Of a stretch of 36,547 bases of DNA, positions 26,849 to 36,054 are shown one piece after another. The DNA lies in contig JANNXA010000013.1 of NCBI GenBank assembly GCA_031409275.1, forward strand, positions 1-36,547, read 5' to 3'. The DNA comes from Planctomycetota bacterium (GTDB lineage: Bacteria > Planctomycetota > B15-G4 > SIAN01). How positions within the stretch are numbered: position 1 is the first letter of the stretch; each line of letters opens with the position of its first letter. A model generated the notes under the pieces. It was not told the origin of the DNA, made no database searches, and saw nothing but the letters and a program-made list of their open reading frames with translations. The position numbers and the translations under genes are program-made.

Positions 26849-29800
26849 CGCGGCGGTCGCCTCTCGCGCTTGTCGCGATGCCGGTGCTGGCGTTGCTGTG
26901 GCCGCTGTTGGTGTCGCGGCGGGACGGCAGCGGCGGTGGCGCGCACGCGCAAGAGCAGGATCCGGCGCAAGAGGCCGCCGCCGACGGCGAAGCGGGTGCG
27001 GAAGGGCAAGGCGAGGCGGTCGACGAAGATGCGGTGACGACGCGCGGTGCGCGGCCCTTGGTCCCGCTCGCGGCCGAAGCGCTGGGCGGCAGCGTGATCC
27101 GGCCGCGCCAGGCGCCGCTGCTGGTCGCGGGCGAGCAGGCGATCGTGCTGCTCGACCTGATGTGGGAGCCGGGCGCCGGCGATCGCATCGAGCGCCGCGA
27201 AGTGGGGCCGCCTGGACGCGCCGTCGATCCGGCGGTGCGCCTCGTGCAGTCGGCGGCGGCCGAGATCATGCGGCCGGTCGCGGCGCGCGACGGGGCGGGG
27301 CTTCTCTGGGTGGTCTGGACGCAGAGCGTCGATGGCGTCGCGCAGTTGATGGCGGCGCATGAGGAGGGCGACGGCTTCGCGCCGCCGCAGTCGCTGACGA
27401 ACGGACCGCTCGCCAACCTCAATCCCGAAGTCGTCTGCCATGCGGATGGCGGGTTGTGGGTGGCGTGGGAAGGCGATGTCGTTCCATCGACGGCCGGCGC
27501 ACCGGCCCGCCATGTCGTGCGGCTCGCGCCGCTTCGCGCCGATGGCGTGCTGGGCGAGCCCATCGTCGTCAGCGACGGCGCGGCCGGCAGCGCGCTCGAT
27601 GCAGTGGTGGTCAGCAGCGGCGGCGCGCTCCACGTCGGTTGCAGCGAATGGAACGGCAACGACTACGAGATCTGCGTGCGTCGCTTCGATCCGCGCACGC
27701 AGGAGCTCGATGCCGCCGTCGAGGTCAGCGCCGATCGTCGTGCCGACGACTCCCATCCAGCGCTCGCGGCTGCGCCCGATGGCTCGCTTTGGGTGGCTTG
27801 GGATCGCATCGAGGTCGCGGCGCGCGGCGAATCGGGGCCGCGCAAAGTCAGCGTGCGCCAGCACGACGCGACGATCGACGTGCAGGTGCGCGTCGCCTGC
27901 GTGCGCGGCGGCAGCGTGGTGGTGCCGAAGTCGACGCAGGCCGACGTGCCGGACGGAATGGTCGCCGGCGCGCCGTTGCTGACGACCGGCGGCGGCGTGC
28001 CGCGCCTCGCCCTCGACGGCGCCGGCCGCGTCTGGATCGCCTATCGCTACCTCGAGCGGCGCGAGGGATCGCGCAAGTTCGGCTTTCCGGTGATCGTGCA
28101 GCATCTCGAGGCGACCGGTTGGTCGGAGCCGCTCGCCGTCGAGGAGAGCGTGGGCAGTGGCGAGGAGCCGTCGCTGATCGCGTTGCCCGACGGCGGCGTG
28201 CTGGCCGCGTTCAGTCGCGACGAGCGCGCGCAGTTGCGCGCACGGGAGAAGCGGCGCATCGCGCCCAAGCTCGCGGCGCCGCTCGCCGCGGCCGGCATCG
28301 AGAACTCGCGCTGGAACGGCCTGGTGTCGATCGGACTGGCGCGCGCGGCGGCGAGCGGACCGGCCACTTTCCCGCCGCTGGTGGCGCCGCCTCCTTCGTT
28401 GCCGGCGCGAAGCTCCGCATCCCCCAACGATCTCTCCGATCCCTACGTGACCGGTGCGCGCCATTTCGAGGTCGCGCGCGGGGAGCAGCGCTTCACCGTC
28501 TTCTTTGGCGACCTCCATCGCCACTCGAACCTCTCGCGTTGCAGCGCGGGCCTCGAGCCGGGACCCGCCGACCGCTACGCACAGGCGCGCGACGTCCATC
28601 GCTGCGACTTCTTCGCGCTGACCGACCACTCCGGCGCGATCGGGCCGTCCGACTGGTGGCTGCTCGACAAGCTCGGCTGGCTCTACGCCTCGCCGACCTT
28701 CGCCACGCTGCTCGGCTTCGAGTGGTCGACGAGCGAGTGGGGGCACCACAACGTCATCCTGCCCGGCCGCCTCTCGCTGCTGGTGTCGCCCGACGCGAAG
28801 CTCGCTGACCTCTACGCGCGCGTGCGCAAGAGTGGTGCGATCACCATCCCGCACCACCCGTCGCACAACGCCTTTCCCAACGACTTCCGTCCCGTCGACG
28901 ATCGACTGACGCGCCTCGTCGAGGTCTTCCAGGCGTGCCGCGGCAACTTCGAGTTCGATGGCTGCTGGCGGCAGTCGACGTCGGCGGGCGCGCTCGGCGG
29001 ATTCGTGCAGGATGCGCTGAACGACGGCCACGAGTTCGGGCTGATCGCCAGCACCGACCACAGCTACGGCCAGAGCTACGCCTGCGTGCTGGCGCCGGCG
29101 CTGACGCGCGGCGACCTCTTCACGGCGCTCGCGGCGCGACGCACGTATGGCGCCACCGCGAAGGGGCTGCTGATCGACCTGCGCATCGACGACGCCTGGA
29201 TGGGCGAGTCGCTGGTGGCGCGCGGGCCGCTGCACCTGACGCTGCACGCCCGCGCCGCCAACGAGCTCGCCGATGTCACGATCTTCAAGGATGGCCGCGT
29301 CTTCCAGTCGTTGCGCCAAGGGACGACGCTGTCGCAGCGATTGGCGCCGCTGCGCCTCGTGGCGAAAGTCGCGGCCGGCAGCGCGAAGCGCTCGAGCGAC
29401 GCCACCGTCCATGTCAGCGCCGCACCCGCCGCGGACGGCAGCGTCGAAGCGAACTTCGGGACGCTGACGGAGCTGCGCCACACGGCGCCCAAGCGAGGCG
29501 TTGCGCCCTCGCCGAGCTGGAGCCTTGACGCGGGCGTCGCGACCTGGCGTTGGCCGGCCGGCTTCGCTGCCGCGGCGGAGCAGCGCGCGCCGCTCCATGG
29601 GTGGGCGCTCGGCAGCGCGACGCTGATCGTCAAGTTCGGGGCGACGACGACGCGAGTCACCGCGCAGGAGCTCTTCGCGACGCCGTTGCGCCTTGCGCTC
29701 GATGACGGCGGCGAGGTCGTGCTTTCGATCGAAGCGGAGGACGCCACGCTCGACTTGACGCGCACGCTCGGCACGCGGGAACTGACGCGCGAGTGGGACG

Positions 29801-29901
29801 ATGCGGCGCCGGTCAGCGGTCGCAGCTGGTACTACGCGCGCCTCGTCACCGCTGACGGCGAGATGGCGTGGTCGAGCCCGATCTTCGTGAAGGCGCCGTA
29901 G
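26845..29901 (+). CDS. Exported beta-propeller + PHP-type metallohydrolase, paralog 2, 1018 aa
   Basis: ATGA overlap with paralog 1. Same motif order: GDLHRHS, ALTDH, GFEWS, GHHNV, IPHH, LVEVFQ, ASTDH, WYYAR...WSSPIFV. Confidence 0.8.
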   Translation: MTRRSPLALVAMPVLALLWPLLVSRRDGSGGGAHAQEQDPAQEAAADGEAGAEGQGEAVDEDAVTTRGARPLVPLAAEALGGSVIRPRQAPLLVAGEQAIVLLDLMWEPGAGDRIERREVGPPGRAVDPAVRLVQSAAAEIMRPVAARDGAGLLWVVWTQSVDGVAQLMAAHEEGDGFAPPQSLTNGPLANLNPEVVCHADGGLWVAWEGDVVPSTAGAPARHVVRLAPLRADGVLGEPIVVSDGAAGSALDAVVVSSGGALHVGCSEWNGNDYEICVRRFDPRTQELDAAVEVSADRRADDSHPALAAAPDGSLWVAWDRIEVAARGESGPRKVSVRQHDATIDVQVRVACVRGGSVVVPKSTQADVPDGMVAGAPLLTTGGGVPRLALDGAGRVWIAYRYLERREGSRKFGFPVIVQHLEATGWSEPLAVEESVGSGEEPSLIALPDGGVLAAFSRDERAQLRAREKRRIAPKLAAPLAAAGIENSRWNGLVSIGLARAAASGPATFPPLVAPPPSLPARSSASPNDLSDPYVTGARHFEVARGEQRFTVFFGDLHRHSNLSRCSAGLEPGPADRYAQARDVHRCDFFALTDHSGAIGPSDWWLLDKLGWLYASPTFATLLGFEWSTSEWGHHNVILPGRLSLLVSPDAKLADLYARVRKSGAITIPHHPSHNAFPNDFRPVDDRLTRLVEVFQACRGNFEFDGCWRQSTSAGALGGFVQDALNDGHEFGLIASTDHSYGQSYACVLAPALTRGDLFTALAARRTYGATAKGLLIDLRIDDAWMGESLVARGPLHLTLHARAANELADVTIFKDGRVFQSLRQGTTLSQRLAPLRLVAKVAAGSAKRSSDATVHVSAAPAADGSVEANFGTLTELRHTAPKRGVAPSPSWSLDAGVATWRWPAGFAAAAEQRAPLHGWALGSATLIVKFGATTTRVTAQELFATPLRLALDDGGEVVLSIEAEDATLDLTRTLGTRELTREWDDAAPVSGRSWYYARLVTADGEMAWSSPIFVKAP

Positions 29902-29982
29902 CGGCCGCGTTGCGGCGGGGCGGACGCAGGCGATGATCGCGGCGCGTAGAGCTTGGGGCGACCGGCGGCGCGGAGCGTGCGT

Positions 29983-32900
29983 GTGACGAAGCAGCGGTAC
30001 CTCGGGATCGGCGCCGGACTTCTGGCCGTGGCGCTGCCGCTTTGGCTGGCGAGCGCGGGGCAGGAGACGACGCGACCCGCGGGCGGCGCGCGCGGCGGAC
30101 GCGAAGGCGGCGGCCGCGACGAGGAGCGCGTGGAGGGGGCCGGGCCGGCGACCTCGCGATTCGAGGGCGCCACGCTGCCGGCGTCCGCGCGCTTCGAGGA
30201 TCTGCTGCGCGAGCGGCAGTCGCCGACGTTGGTGGCGCGCCCCGACGGCGGCGCGTGGCTGGTGGCGCTCGAATACGAGATCGCGCAGGGCGATCGTATC
30301 GTCGTGCGCGAGCTTGCGCCGGACGGCTCGCTGGCGCGGCCCGATGCGCCGCTCGCGCAGTGGCCACCGGCGGGCCAACCGCCGATCGCACTCGTGCGTC
30401 CGGTCGCGGCGCTCGATGGGGCCGGACGGCTGGTCGTGGCGTGGACCGAAGTGGTGAACGGGGTCGCGCAGCTGCGTGCCGCACGTTGCGTGGGCGGCCT
30501 CTTCGACGCGCCGCTCGCGCTGACGCAGGGGCCTCTGCCAGCGCGCAACGCCGAGTGGGCGCGCGCAGCCGACGGCACGCTCTGGATCGCGTACGAGCAG
30601 TGGATCGCGCGCGCGACGAAAGGCGGCGACGGCGCCGCGCCGGGCGTCCGCCATGGCAGCTTCGACGTCGTCGTCGCGCCATTGCAGGAAGGGGGCCTCG
30701 GGCCTTCGGTGGCGGTGGGCGACGGACCAGGGAGCGACCTCGACCCCGTGGTCGTGGCCGATGGCGCGGGGCTCGCCATCGCGTGGAGCCAGTACGGCGG
30801 ACGCGACTACGAGATCGTGCTGCGGCGCCTCGACCTCGCGAGCGGCGCGCTCTCTTCGCCGGTGTCGATCAGCGCCGATGCGGCGAGCGACGACTTGCAT
30901 CCGACGCTGGCCGCGAACGTCGACGGAACGTTGTGGTTGGCGTGGGATCGCCTCGAGGATGGCGCGCGCGGCCGCTCGTCACCGCCCGAGTTCGATGTCG
31001 AGCGTGGAATGCAGAAACGGGTGGCGCCGAGCGCCAGCGTTCGCGTTGCGCAGCTCGTCGGCGAGGCGGTGATGTGGCCGACGGCGCGCGCGGCCGATGG
31101 CAGCGCGTCGGCCGACGGCGTCGTGCCGGGTCTGCCGCTCGTTTCGTTGAGCGGCGCGCTGCCGCGTCTCGTGGCGCAGCCGGACGGGCGGCTCGCCCTG
31201 CTGATGCGCTTCCTCGCGCGTCAAGGAGCGGGCGGCAAGGCGTACGGCGATCCGCTGCTGATCGCCTCGGTCGACGGGAACGGCATCTCGCTGCCGACCA
31301 TGGTCGAGGGGAGCGCGGGTGGATCGGAGGAGGCGACCGCGTGCGCGCTTCGTGACGGCGCGCTGCTCGCGGCGTGGCAGCAGGACCATCGCCTCGAATG
31401 CGAGACGGGGACGTTGCTGCGGCCGCTGCCGCCCGACCAGTTCCAGAAGATGGCGCAGCGCGCGGTCGTGGTGACCGGGTCGCTTGGGCCAAGCGCGATC
31501 GGGGTGATGCGCGTGGCGCCGGGTGCGGCCGGAGACGCGGCCGCCGCTGCTGGCGCGGCGCGCGCCACGATTCCGCGCATCGAGCGGCTCGCGCCGCCGC
31601 ACGCCCATCCCGCCGCGGACGGCCTCGCCGATCCGTTCGTGAATGGCGACGACCACTTCACCGTCGCCGGCGACGGCGTCACCTATCGCGTCTTCTGGGG
31701 CGATCTCCATCGCCATTCGCGCGTGTCGCGTTGCAGCCGCGGCTTCGAGCCGGGCCCAGACGATCGTTACGCGTTCGGCCGCGACACCAGCCTGCTCGAT
31801 TTCATGGCCCTGACCGACCACAGCTGCCACGTCGATCCGCTGGGCTGGTGGCAACTGGAGAAGGCGGCGCAACTGGCGGCCGAGCCCGACTTTGCGGTGC
31901 TCGCCGGATTCGAGTGGTCGACCGGGTTCTTCGGCCACCAGAACATCCTGCTGCGCGGTTCGCTGCGGCCGTTCCTTTCGAACTCCTTTCCTGGCACCGG
32001 CACGTTGCCAGGGCTCTACGCACAGCTGAAGCCCGAGTGGGCGCTGGCGATCCCGCATCACACGGCCGACGTGGCGCGCCGCACCGACTTCACGCAGTGC
32101 GATCCGAAGCTGGTGCGTCTGGTCGAGATCTACCAGGCGCAGCGCGGCAGCTACGAGTTCGACGGCTGCGCGCGGCAAAGCCATCTGGCGCACGCGCCCG
32201 GCTGCTTCGCGACCGACGCGATGGCGCGCGGCCTCAAGGTCGGCTTCGTCGCCAGCACCGATCACGGCGAAGGCAGCGCCTTCGCGTGCGTGTTGGCCGA
32301 AACGTTGGAACGCGGCGCGCTGTTCGATGCGTTGCGGGCTCGGCGCACCTACGGCGCGACCGCGAAGGGGATGGTGATCGAGCTGCGCGTCGACGGCGCG
32401 CTGATGGGCAGCGAGATCGAGGCGCGCGGCGCGCCGCTGGTGGCGGTGAAGGCGCGCGGCAGCGCGGAGCTGTGCGAGCTGATCGTCTTCCGCGATGGCG
32501 CGCCGTGGCGTGTGATCGGTCGCGACGGCGCGGGGGCGGCGCTGAGTCCGACACGCGCGACGCAGCTCACGCTGCAGCTCGAGTTGACCCCTCCGAAGAG
32601 CGCTCGCGCGCTCGACTGGCGCTTGCAGTTCAGCGCCGATGCGGCCGGCGGCATCACCATGAAGCCGTGGTTCGAGCTGCCCGGATACGCGCGCGACGAC
32701 CTCGGTCCCGATCGCCCGCAGTGGCGCGTGAAGGAGGGCGTGGCGACCTACTTGTGGAAGAAGAGCTACGCGAACTTCTGGGAGCCAAGCCACTCGCGCC
32801 TGCGCCTCGATGGTCCGCGCGGCGCGAAGGTCAAGGTCGAGGCGAAGGCGGTCGGCGAGGGGGCGAGCGAAGCGGCGAGTCAGGCGTCCGGCGGGGTCGT

Positions 32901-33156
32901 ACTGCGCGAAGTGCCATTGGCCGATCTGCTGGCGGGCGACGTCGCGGGCGAGTCGCCGCTCGGAGCGTGGCGCCTCTCGGCGCGCGAATCGTTCGACGCC
33001 GCGCTCGACCTGACGCGCACGCTCGGCACGCGCGAGCTCGCGCAGGAGTGGCGCGACGAAGCGCTCGCGCCGGGCGACCACTGGTATTACGCGCGCATCG
33101 TGCAGGCCGACGGCGAGATCGCCTGGTCGAGCCCGCTCTTCGTCGCGCGCAAGTAG
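29983..33156 (+). CDS. Exported beta-propeller + PHP-type metallohydrolase, paralog 3, about 1057 aa
   Basis: GTG at 29983 follows GGAG (29972-29975), with a signal-like N-terminus. Motifs GDLHRHS, ALTDH, GFEWS, GHQNI, IPHH, LVEIYQ, ASTDH, WYYAR...WSSPLFV. Confidence 0.8.
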   Translation: MTKQRYLGIGAGLLAVALPLWLASAGQETTRPAGGARGGREGGGRDEERVEGAGPATSRFEGATLPASARFEDLLRERQSPTLVARPDGGAWLVALEYEIAQGDRIVVRELAPDGSLARPDAPLAQWPPAGQPPIALVRPVAALDGAGRLVVAWTEVVNGVAQLRAARCVGGLFDAPLALTQGPLPARNAEWARAADGTLWIAYEQWIARATKGGDGAAPGVRHGSFDVVVAPLQEGGLGPSVAVGDGPGSDLDPVVVADGAGLAIAWSQYGGRDYEIVLRRLDLASGALSSPVSISADAASDDLHPTLAANVDGTLWLAWDRLEDGARGRSSPPEFDVERGMQKRVAPSASVRVAQLVGEAVMWPTARAADGSASADGVVPGLPLVSLSGALPRLVAQPDGRLALLMRFLARQGAGGKAYGDPLLIASVDGNGISLPTMVEGSAGGSEEATACALRDGALLAAWQQDHRLECETGTLLRPLPPDQFQKMAQRAVVVTGSLGPSAIGVMRVAPGAAGDAAAAAGAARATIPRIERLAPPHAHPAADGLADPFVNGDDHFTVAGDGVTYRVFWGDLHRHSRVSRCSRGFEPGPDDRYAFGRDTSLLDFMALTDHSCHVDPLGWWQLEKAAQLAAEPDFAVLAGFEWSTGFFGHQNILLRGSLRPFLSNSFPGTGTLPGLYAQLKPEWALAIPHHTADVARRTDFTQCDPKLVRLVEIYQAQRGSYEFDGCARQSHLAHAPGCFATDAMARGLKVGFVASTDHGEGSAFACVLAETLERGALFDALRARRTYGATAKGMVIELRVDGALMGSEIEARGAPLVAVKARGSAELCELIVFRDGAPWRVIGRDGAGAALSPTRATQLTLQLELTPPKSARALDWRLQFSADAAGGITMKPWFELPGYARDDLGPDRPQWRVKEGVATYLWKKSYANFWEPSHSRLRLDGPRGAKVKVEAKAVGEGASEAASQASGGVVLREVPLADLLAGDVAGESPLGAWRLSARESFDAALDLTRTLGTRELAQEWRDEALAPGDHWYYARIVQADGEIAWSSPLFVARK

Positions 33157-33172
33157 GCGGGCGCCTCGCGGC

Positions 33173-34540
33173 TCAGCGCAGGCGCCGCTTCACGGCTGCG
33201 GCGAGCTGCGCGACCGTCGTGTGTTCGGGCAGCGCTTCGAGCAGCGCTCCGGCCGCCGGATCGACGAGGAAGAACCACGGCATCTCGCCGCTGCCGCCGA
33301 GTCGCCGCTGCGACGCCTCCTCCGCTTCGAGGAAGCGTTCGAAGAGGGGCGCATGCGCCTTGATGAAGGCGGCGTCCGCGGCGACGTCGGGCGCGAGCAG
33401 GAGTTGCTCGAGGGTGAGCGCGTCGCGCGCGAAGTAGCGGCTGACCGCGGTCTGCATGTTGCCGCTCCTCGCACCACGCGGGGCAACGGCGTCGGCGCGC
33501 ACCGCGAAGGTGGCGACGACGCGTTCGCGCAAGCGTCCCTCGCGGCCGGCGGCGAAGGCGAGCTTCGAGAGCTCGCGGCTCGCGGCGTCCTTCTTCGCAT
33601 GGAGGAGGTGCAGGACGAGCTCGGCCTGGCCGTCGCTGCAGAGCGGTTTCAAGGTGTCGATCAGCGGCTCGAACTCCTGCATGCAGTGGCCGCAGTTGAA
33701 GCTGAAGATCACCTCGACGCGCAACTTCGGTGCGACGCCGCCGAACCGGCGTCCTCGCTCGAGCGTCGCCAGCAGCGCCGCGTCTTCGGCCGGCGTCGCG
33801 GCAGGCGCGGTCACCGGCACCTCCGCTGGCATCGTCGCAGGCGCATTCGATGCCGCGGCGGCGGTGGTGTCGGTGCGAGGCGCGGCCGCGGGCGCCGGCT
33901 CGACCACGGCGGCGAGTGGCGGCGGCTGCGACACCGAGCGCTCGAGGTCGATCTGGAAGAGCTGGCGAGTGAGCAGCGCACCGGCGATCAGCGCGAGGCG
34001 GCGCAGCCAACGAAAGCTGGGCGTCGTCGTCGCGAGCAGCGCCGCGGCCGCGAGGAGCGGCAGATGGGTCGCGACGCAGTGGCGACATGGCATCGCCAGG
34101 CGAACCGCCAGCGCGAGGAAGAAGAGGGAGGCGCCCGCGCCGGCGCTGACCACCACCTCACCCGGCAGCGTGAGCCAGCGCGAGCGCGTCGCGCCGCGTC
34201 CGAGCGCGACGAGCAGCGCCGCAAGCAGCGTCGCACCCGCCGCCCACGCCAGCGTCGGCACGCCGAAAAGCGTCGCCCACTCTTCGCCGGCGCGGCAGGC
34301 GACATCGCAGGGCCACGCATCGGGCACGAGGCCGGCGGCCGCCGTGAGCGTCGCCAACAGCAGCGTGAGGCATGCCGGCACGTGGGCCCGCTCGCCGGCG
34401 CGCCGCCCCGCGAACCACGCCAGCACGACGATCGCGCCCGCGGCGCCCACCGCGATCGCGAAGGGGATCGCTTCGAAGCGCAGCGCGACGATGGCGACGA
34501 GCGCCAGCAACGGAACGACTGCAGCGAGGCGCGCGCTCAT
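33173..34540 (-). CDS. Vitamin K epoxide reductase (VKOR)-like membrane domain fused to a DsbA/thioredoxin-fold domain, 455 aa
   Basis: Multiple TM helices with loop cysteines CDVAC, WATLFGVP and an active-site-like CRHC...H. A Pro/Ala linker leads to a thioredoxin-like IFSFNCGHC and a cis-Pro-like EMPWFF. Confidence 0.75.
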   Translation of the reverse strand: MSARLAAVVPLLALVAIVALRFEAIPFAIAVGAAGAIVVLAWFAGRRAGERAHVPACLTLLLATLTAAAGLVPDAWPCDVACRAGEEWATLFGVPTLAWAAGATLLAALLVALGRGATRSRWLTLPGEVVVSAGAGASLFFLALAVRLAMPCRHCVATHLPLLAAAALLATTTPSFRWLRRLALIAGALLTRQLFQIDLERSVSQPPPLAAVVEPAPAAAPRTDTTAAAASNAPATMPAEVPVTAPAATPAEDAALLATLERGRRFGGVAPKLRVEVIFSFNCGHCMQEFEPLIDTLKPLCSDGQAELVLHLLHAKKDAASRELSKLAFAAGREGRLRERVVATFAVRADAVAPRGARSGNMQTAVSRYFARDALTLEQLLLAPDVAADAAFIKAHAPLFERFLEAEEASQRRLGGSGEMPWFFLVDPAAGALLEALPEHTTVAQLAAAVKRRLR

Positions 34541-34559
34541 CGGAGAGGTTGGGCTGGCG

Positions 34560-35873
34560 TCACTGGTTCGCGCGCGGCAGCTCGCGCACGAAGGCGTTCT
34601 TGAACCAAAGCGTGTTGCCGTGGTTCTGCAGCTCGATCTGTCCGCGCGGGTAGATCGGCGGGTCGCCGCGCTTCCAGATGTCGCGCTCGAAGTAGTTCTC
34701 GAGCACGGTGTGATTCACGACCAGCACGTCGTTCAGGAAGACGGTGACCTTGTCGCCGACCATGAGGATCTTGAAGCGGTTCCATTCGCCGATCGGGCGA
34801 TCGGCGACGGCGAGCGGACCGCTCGGGTTGCCGGGCTTCTGGTTGTTGTAGAGGCCGCCCGAGCCGATCGGGTTGTCCCAGATCTGCACCTGCGGGCTGC
34901 CGCGCAGGTAGATGCCGCTGTCGCCGTCCTTGCCGATCTTCCAGTCGACCCAGAACTCGAAGTCCTCGTAGTCCTGCGCGGTGCAGAGGCTGTCGCCGCC
35001 GCCGTCGAAGACGAGGGCACCGTCTTTCGCGCTCCAGTGGGCGCGCATCCGCTCGTCGGCGACGAGCTGCGCGGCTGCGAGTTTCGCGGCGTCCATCTCG
35101 GCGCGACCCGGCGGCCCTTTCTCGGGCGACACGAGCCCCTTCCAGTTCGCGAGGCTCTTGCCGTCGAAGAGTGCGCGAAAGCCGGGCGGCGCGACGTTGT
35201 CGACGCCGGCGGGCGCTGCGGTGGGCGGCAGCTCGGCGAGCTCGATCTTGCGGTACTTGACGAGGCTCTGGTGCCCGAGGAATCCGAGGTGGCCGCGGGA
35301 ACGCAGGATGCCGGGATGGGCGGCGAGCGTGTCGGCGTCGTGCACGGAGTTGAGGTCGACTTCGTTCACGACGCGCCCGTTCAGCGTGACGCGAATCGAG
35401 CGCTCCTGCGCGCGGATCTCCATCGCGTTCCACTCGCCGGCTGGCTTCAGCGCGCCGCGCTGCACCGGCGCGACCATGTAGACCGAGCCGCAGTACTGAC
35501 CCGGTTTCAGGTTGGCGTACTGCGGTGCGGCGTCATCGAGGATCTGCACCTCCATGCCTGCGTACGCCGCGTCGCCTTCGAGCGGCGCGCGGATGCCGAT
35601 GCCGTTGTTGCCGCCCGGCTCGGTCCAGAACTCGAAGCGCAGCGCGAAGTCGCCGTACTCGCGCGTCGTGAGCAGGTTGCCGCCGCCGTCCTTCGGGCAG
35701 ACGATGCAGCCCTCCTCGATGACGTAGCCGCGGCCGTCGCCACCGACGAGCGTCCAGCCGTCGAGCGACTTGCCGTCGAAGAGCGGCGCGAACTTCAGTT
35801 CTTCCCCGATGGCGGCGCCGGGGTTGCGGTTCAGCGCGGCAGCGGCGAGCAAGGGGAGGAGTCCAAAGTGCAT
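34560..35873 (-). CDS. Secreted double DUF1080 (3-keto-disaccharide hydrolase family) protein, 437 aa
   Basis: ATG 35873 follows GGAG. Two domains, each with LFDGKSL..W, Y.DF, N/DxGI..R, Q(I)xD and GEWN, ending in GHLGFLGH / GQIELQNHG...F/Y(K/R). Confidence 0.88.
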   Translation of the reverse strand: MHFGLLPLLAAAALNRNPGAAIGEELKFAPLFDGKSLDGWTLVGGDGRGYVIEEGCIVCPKDGGGNLLTTREYGDFALRFEFWTEPGGNNGIGIRAPLEGDAAYAGMEVQILDDAAPQYANLKPGQYCGSVYMVAPVQRGALKPAGEWNAMEIRAQERSIRVTLNGRVVNEVDLNSVHDADTLAAHPGILRSRGHLGFLGHQSLVKYRKIELAELPPTAAPAGVDNVAPPGFRALFDGKSLANWKGLVSPEKGPPGRAEMDAAKLAAAQLVADERMRAHWSAKDGALVFDGGGDSLCTAQDYEDFEFWVDWKIGKDGDSGIYLRGSPQVQIWDNPIGSGGLYNNQKPGNPSGPLAVADRPIGEWNRFKILMVGDKVTVFLNDVLVVNHTVLENYFERDIWKRGDPPIYPRGQIELQNHGNTLWFKNAFVRELPRANQ

Positions 35874-36054
35874 CGAGCGCTCCGAGACGTGCCGCGTCAG
35901 GCGGCGGAGGAGTGGTGGAGACGGCGCGATTGTCGCGATGGAAGCGCGCGGCGCAACGAGTCGTCGCTTTGCGCGCCATCGACGAGTGGCCTTGCCTCGT
36001 GCCGTCCGGTGGGCGATGCTGCTCCGCCGACTCGATCCGACCCGGGAGAAATGC

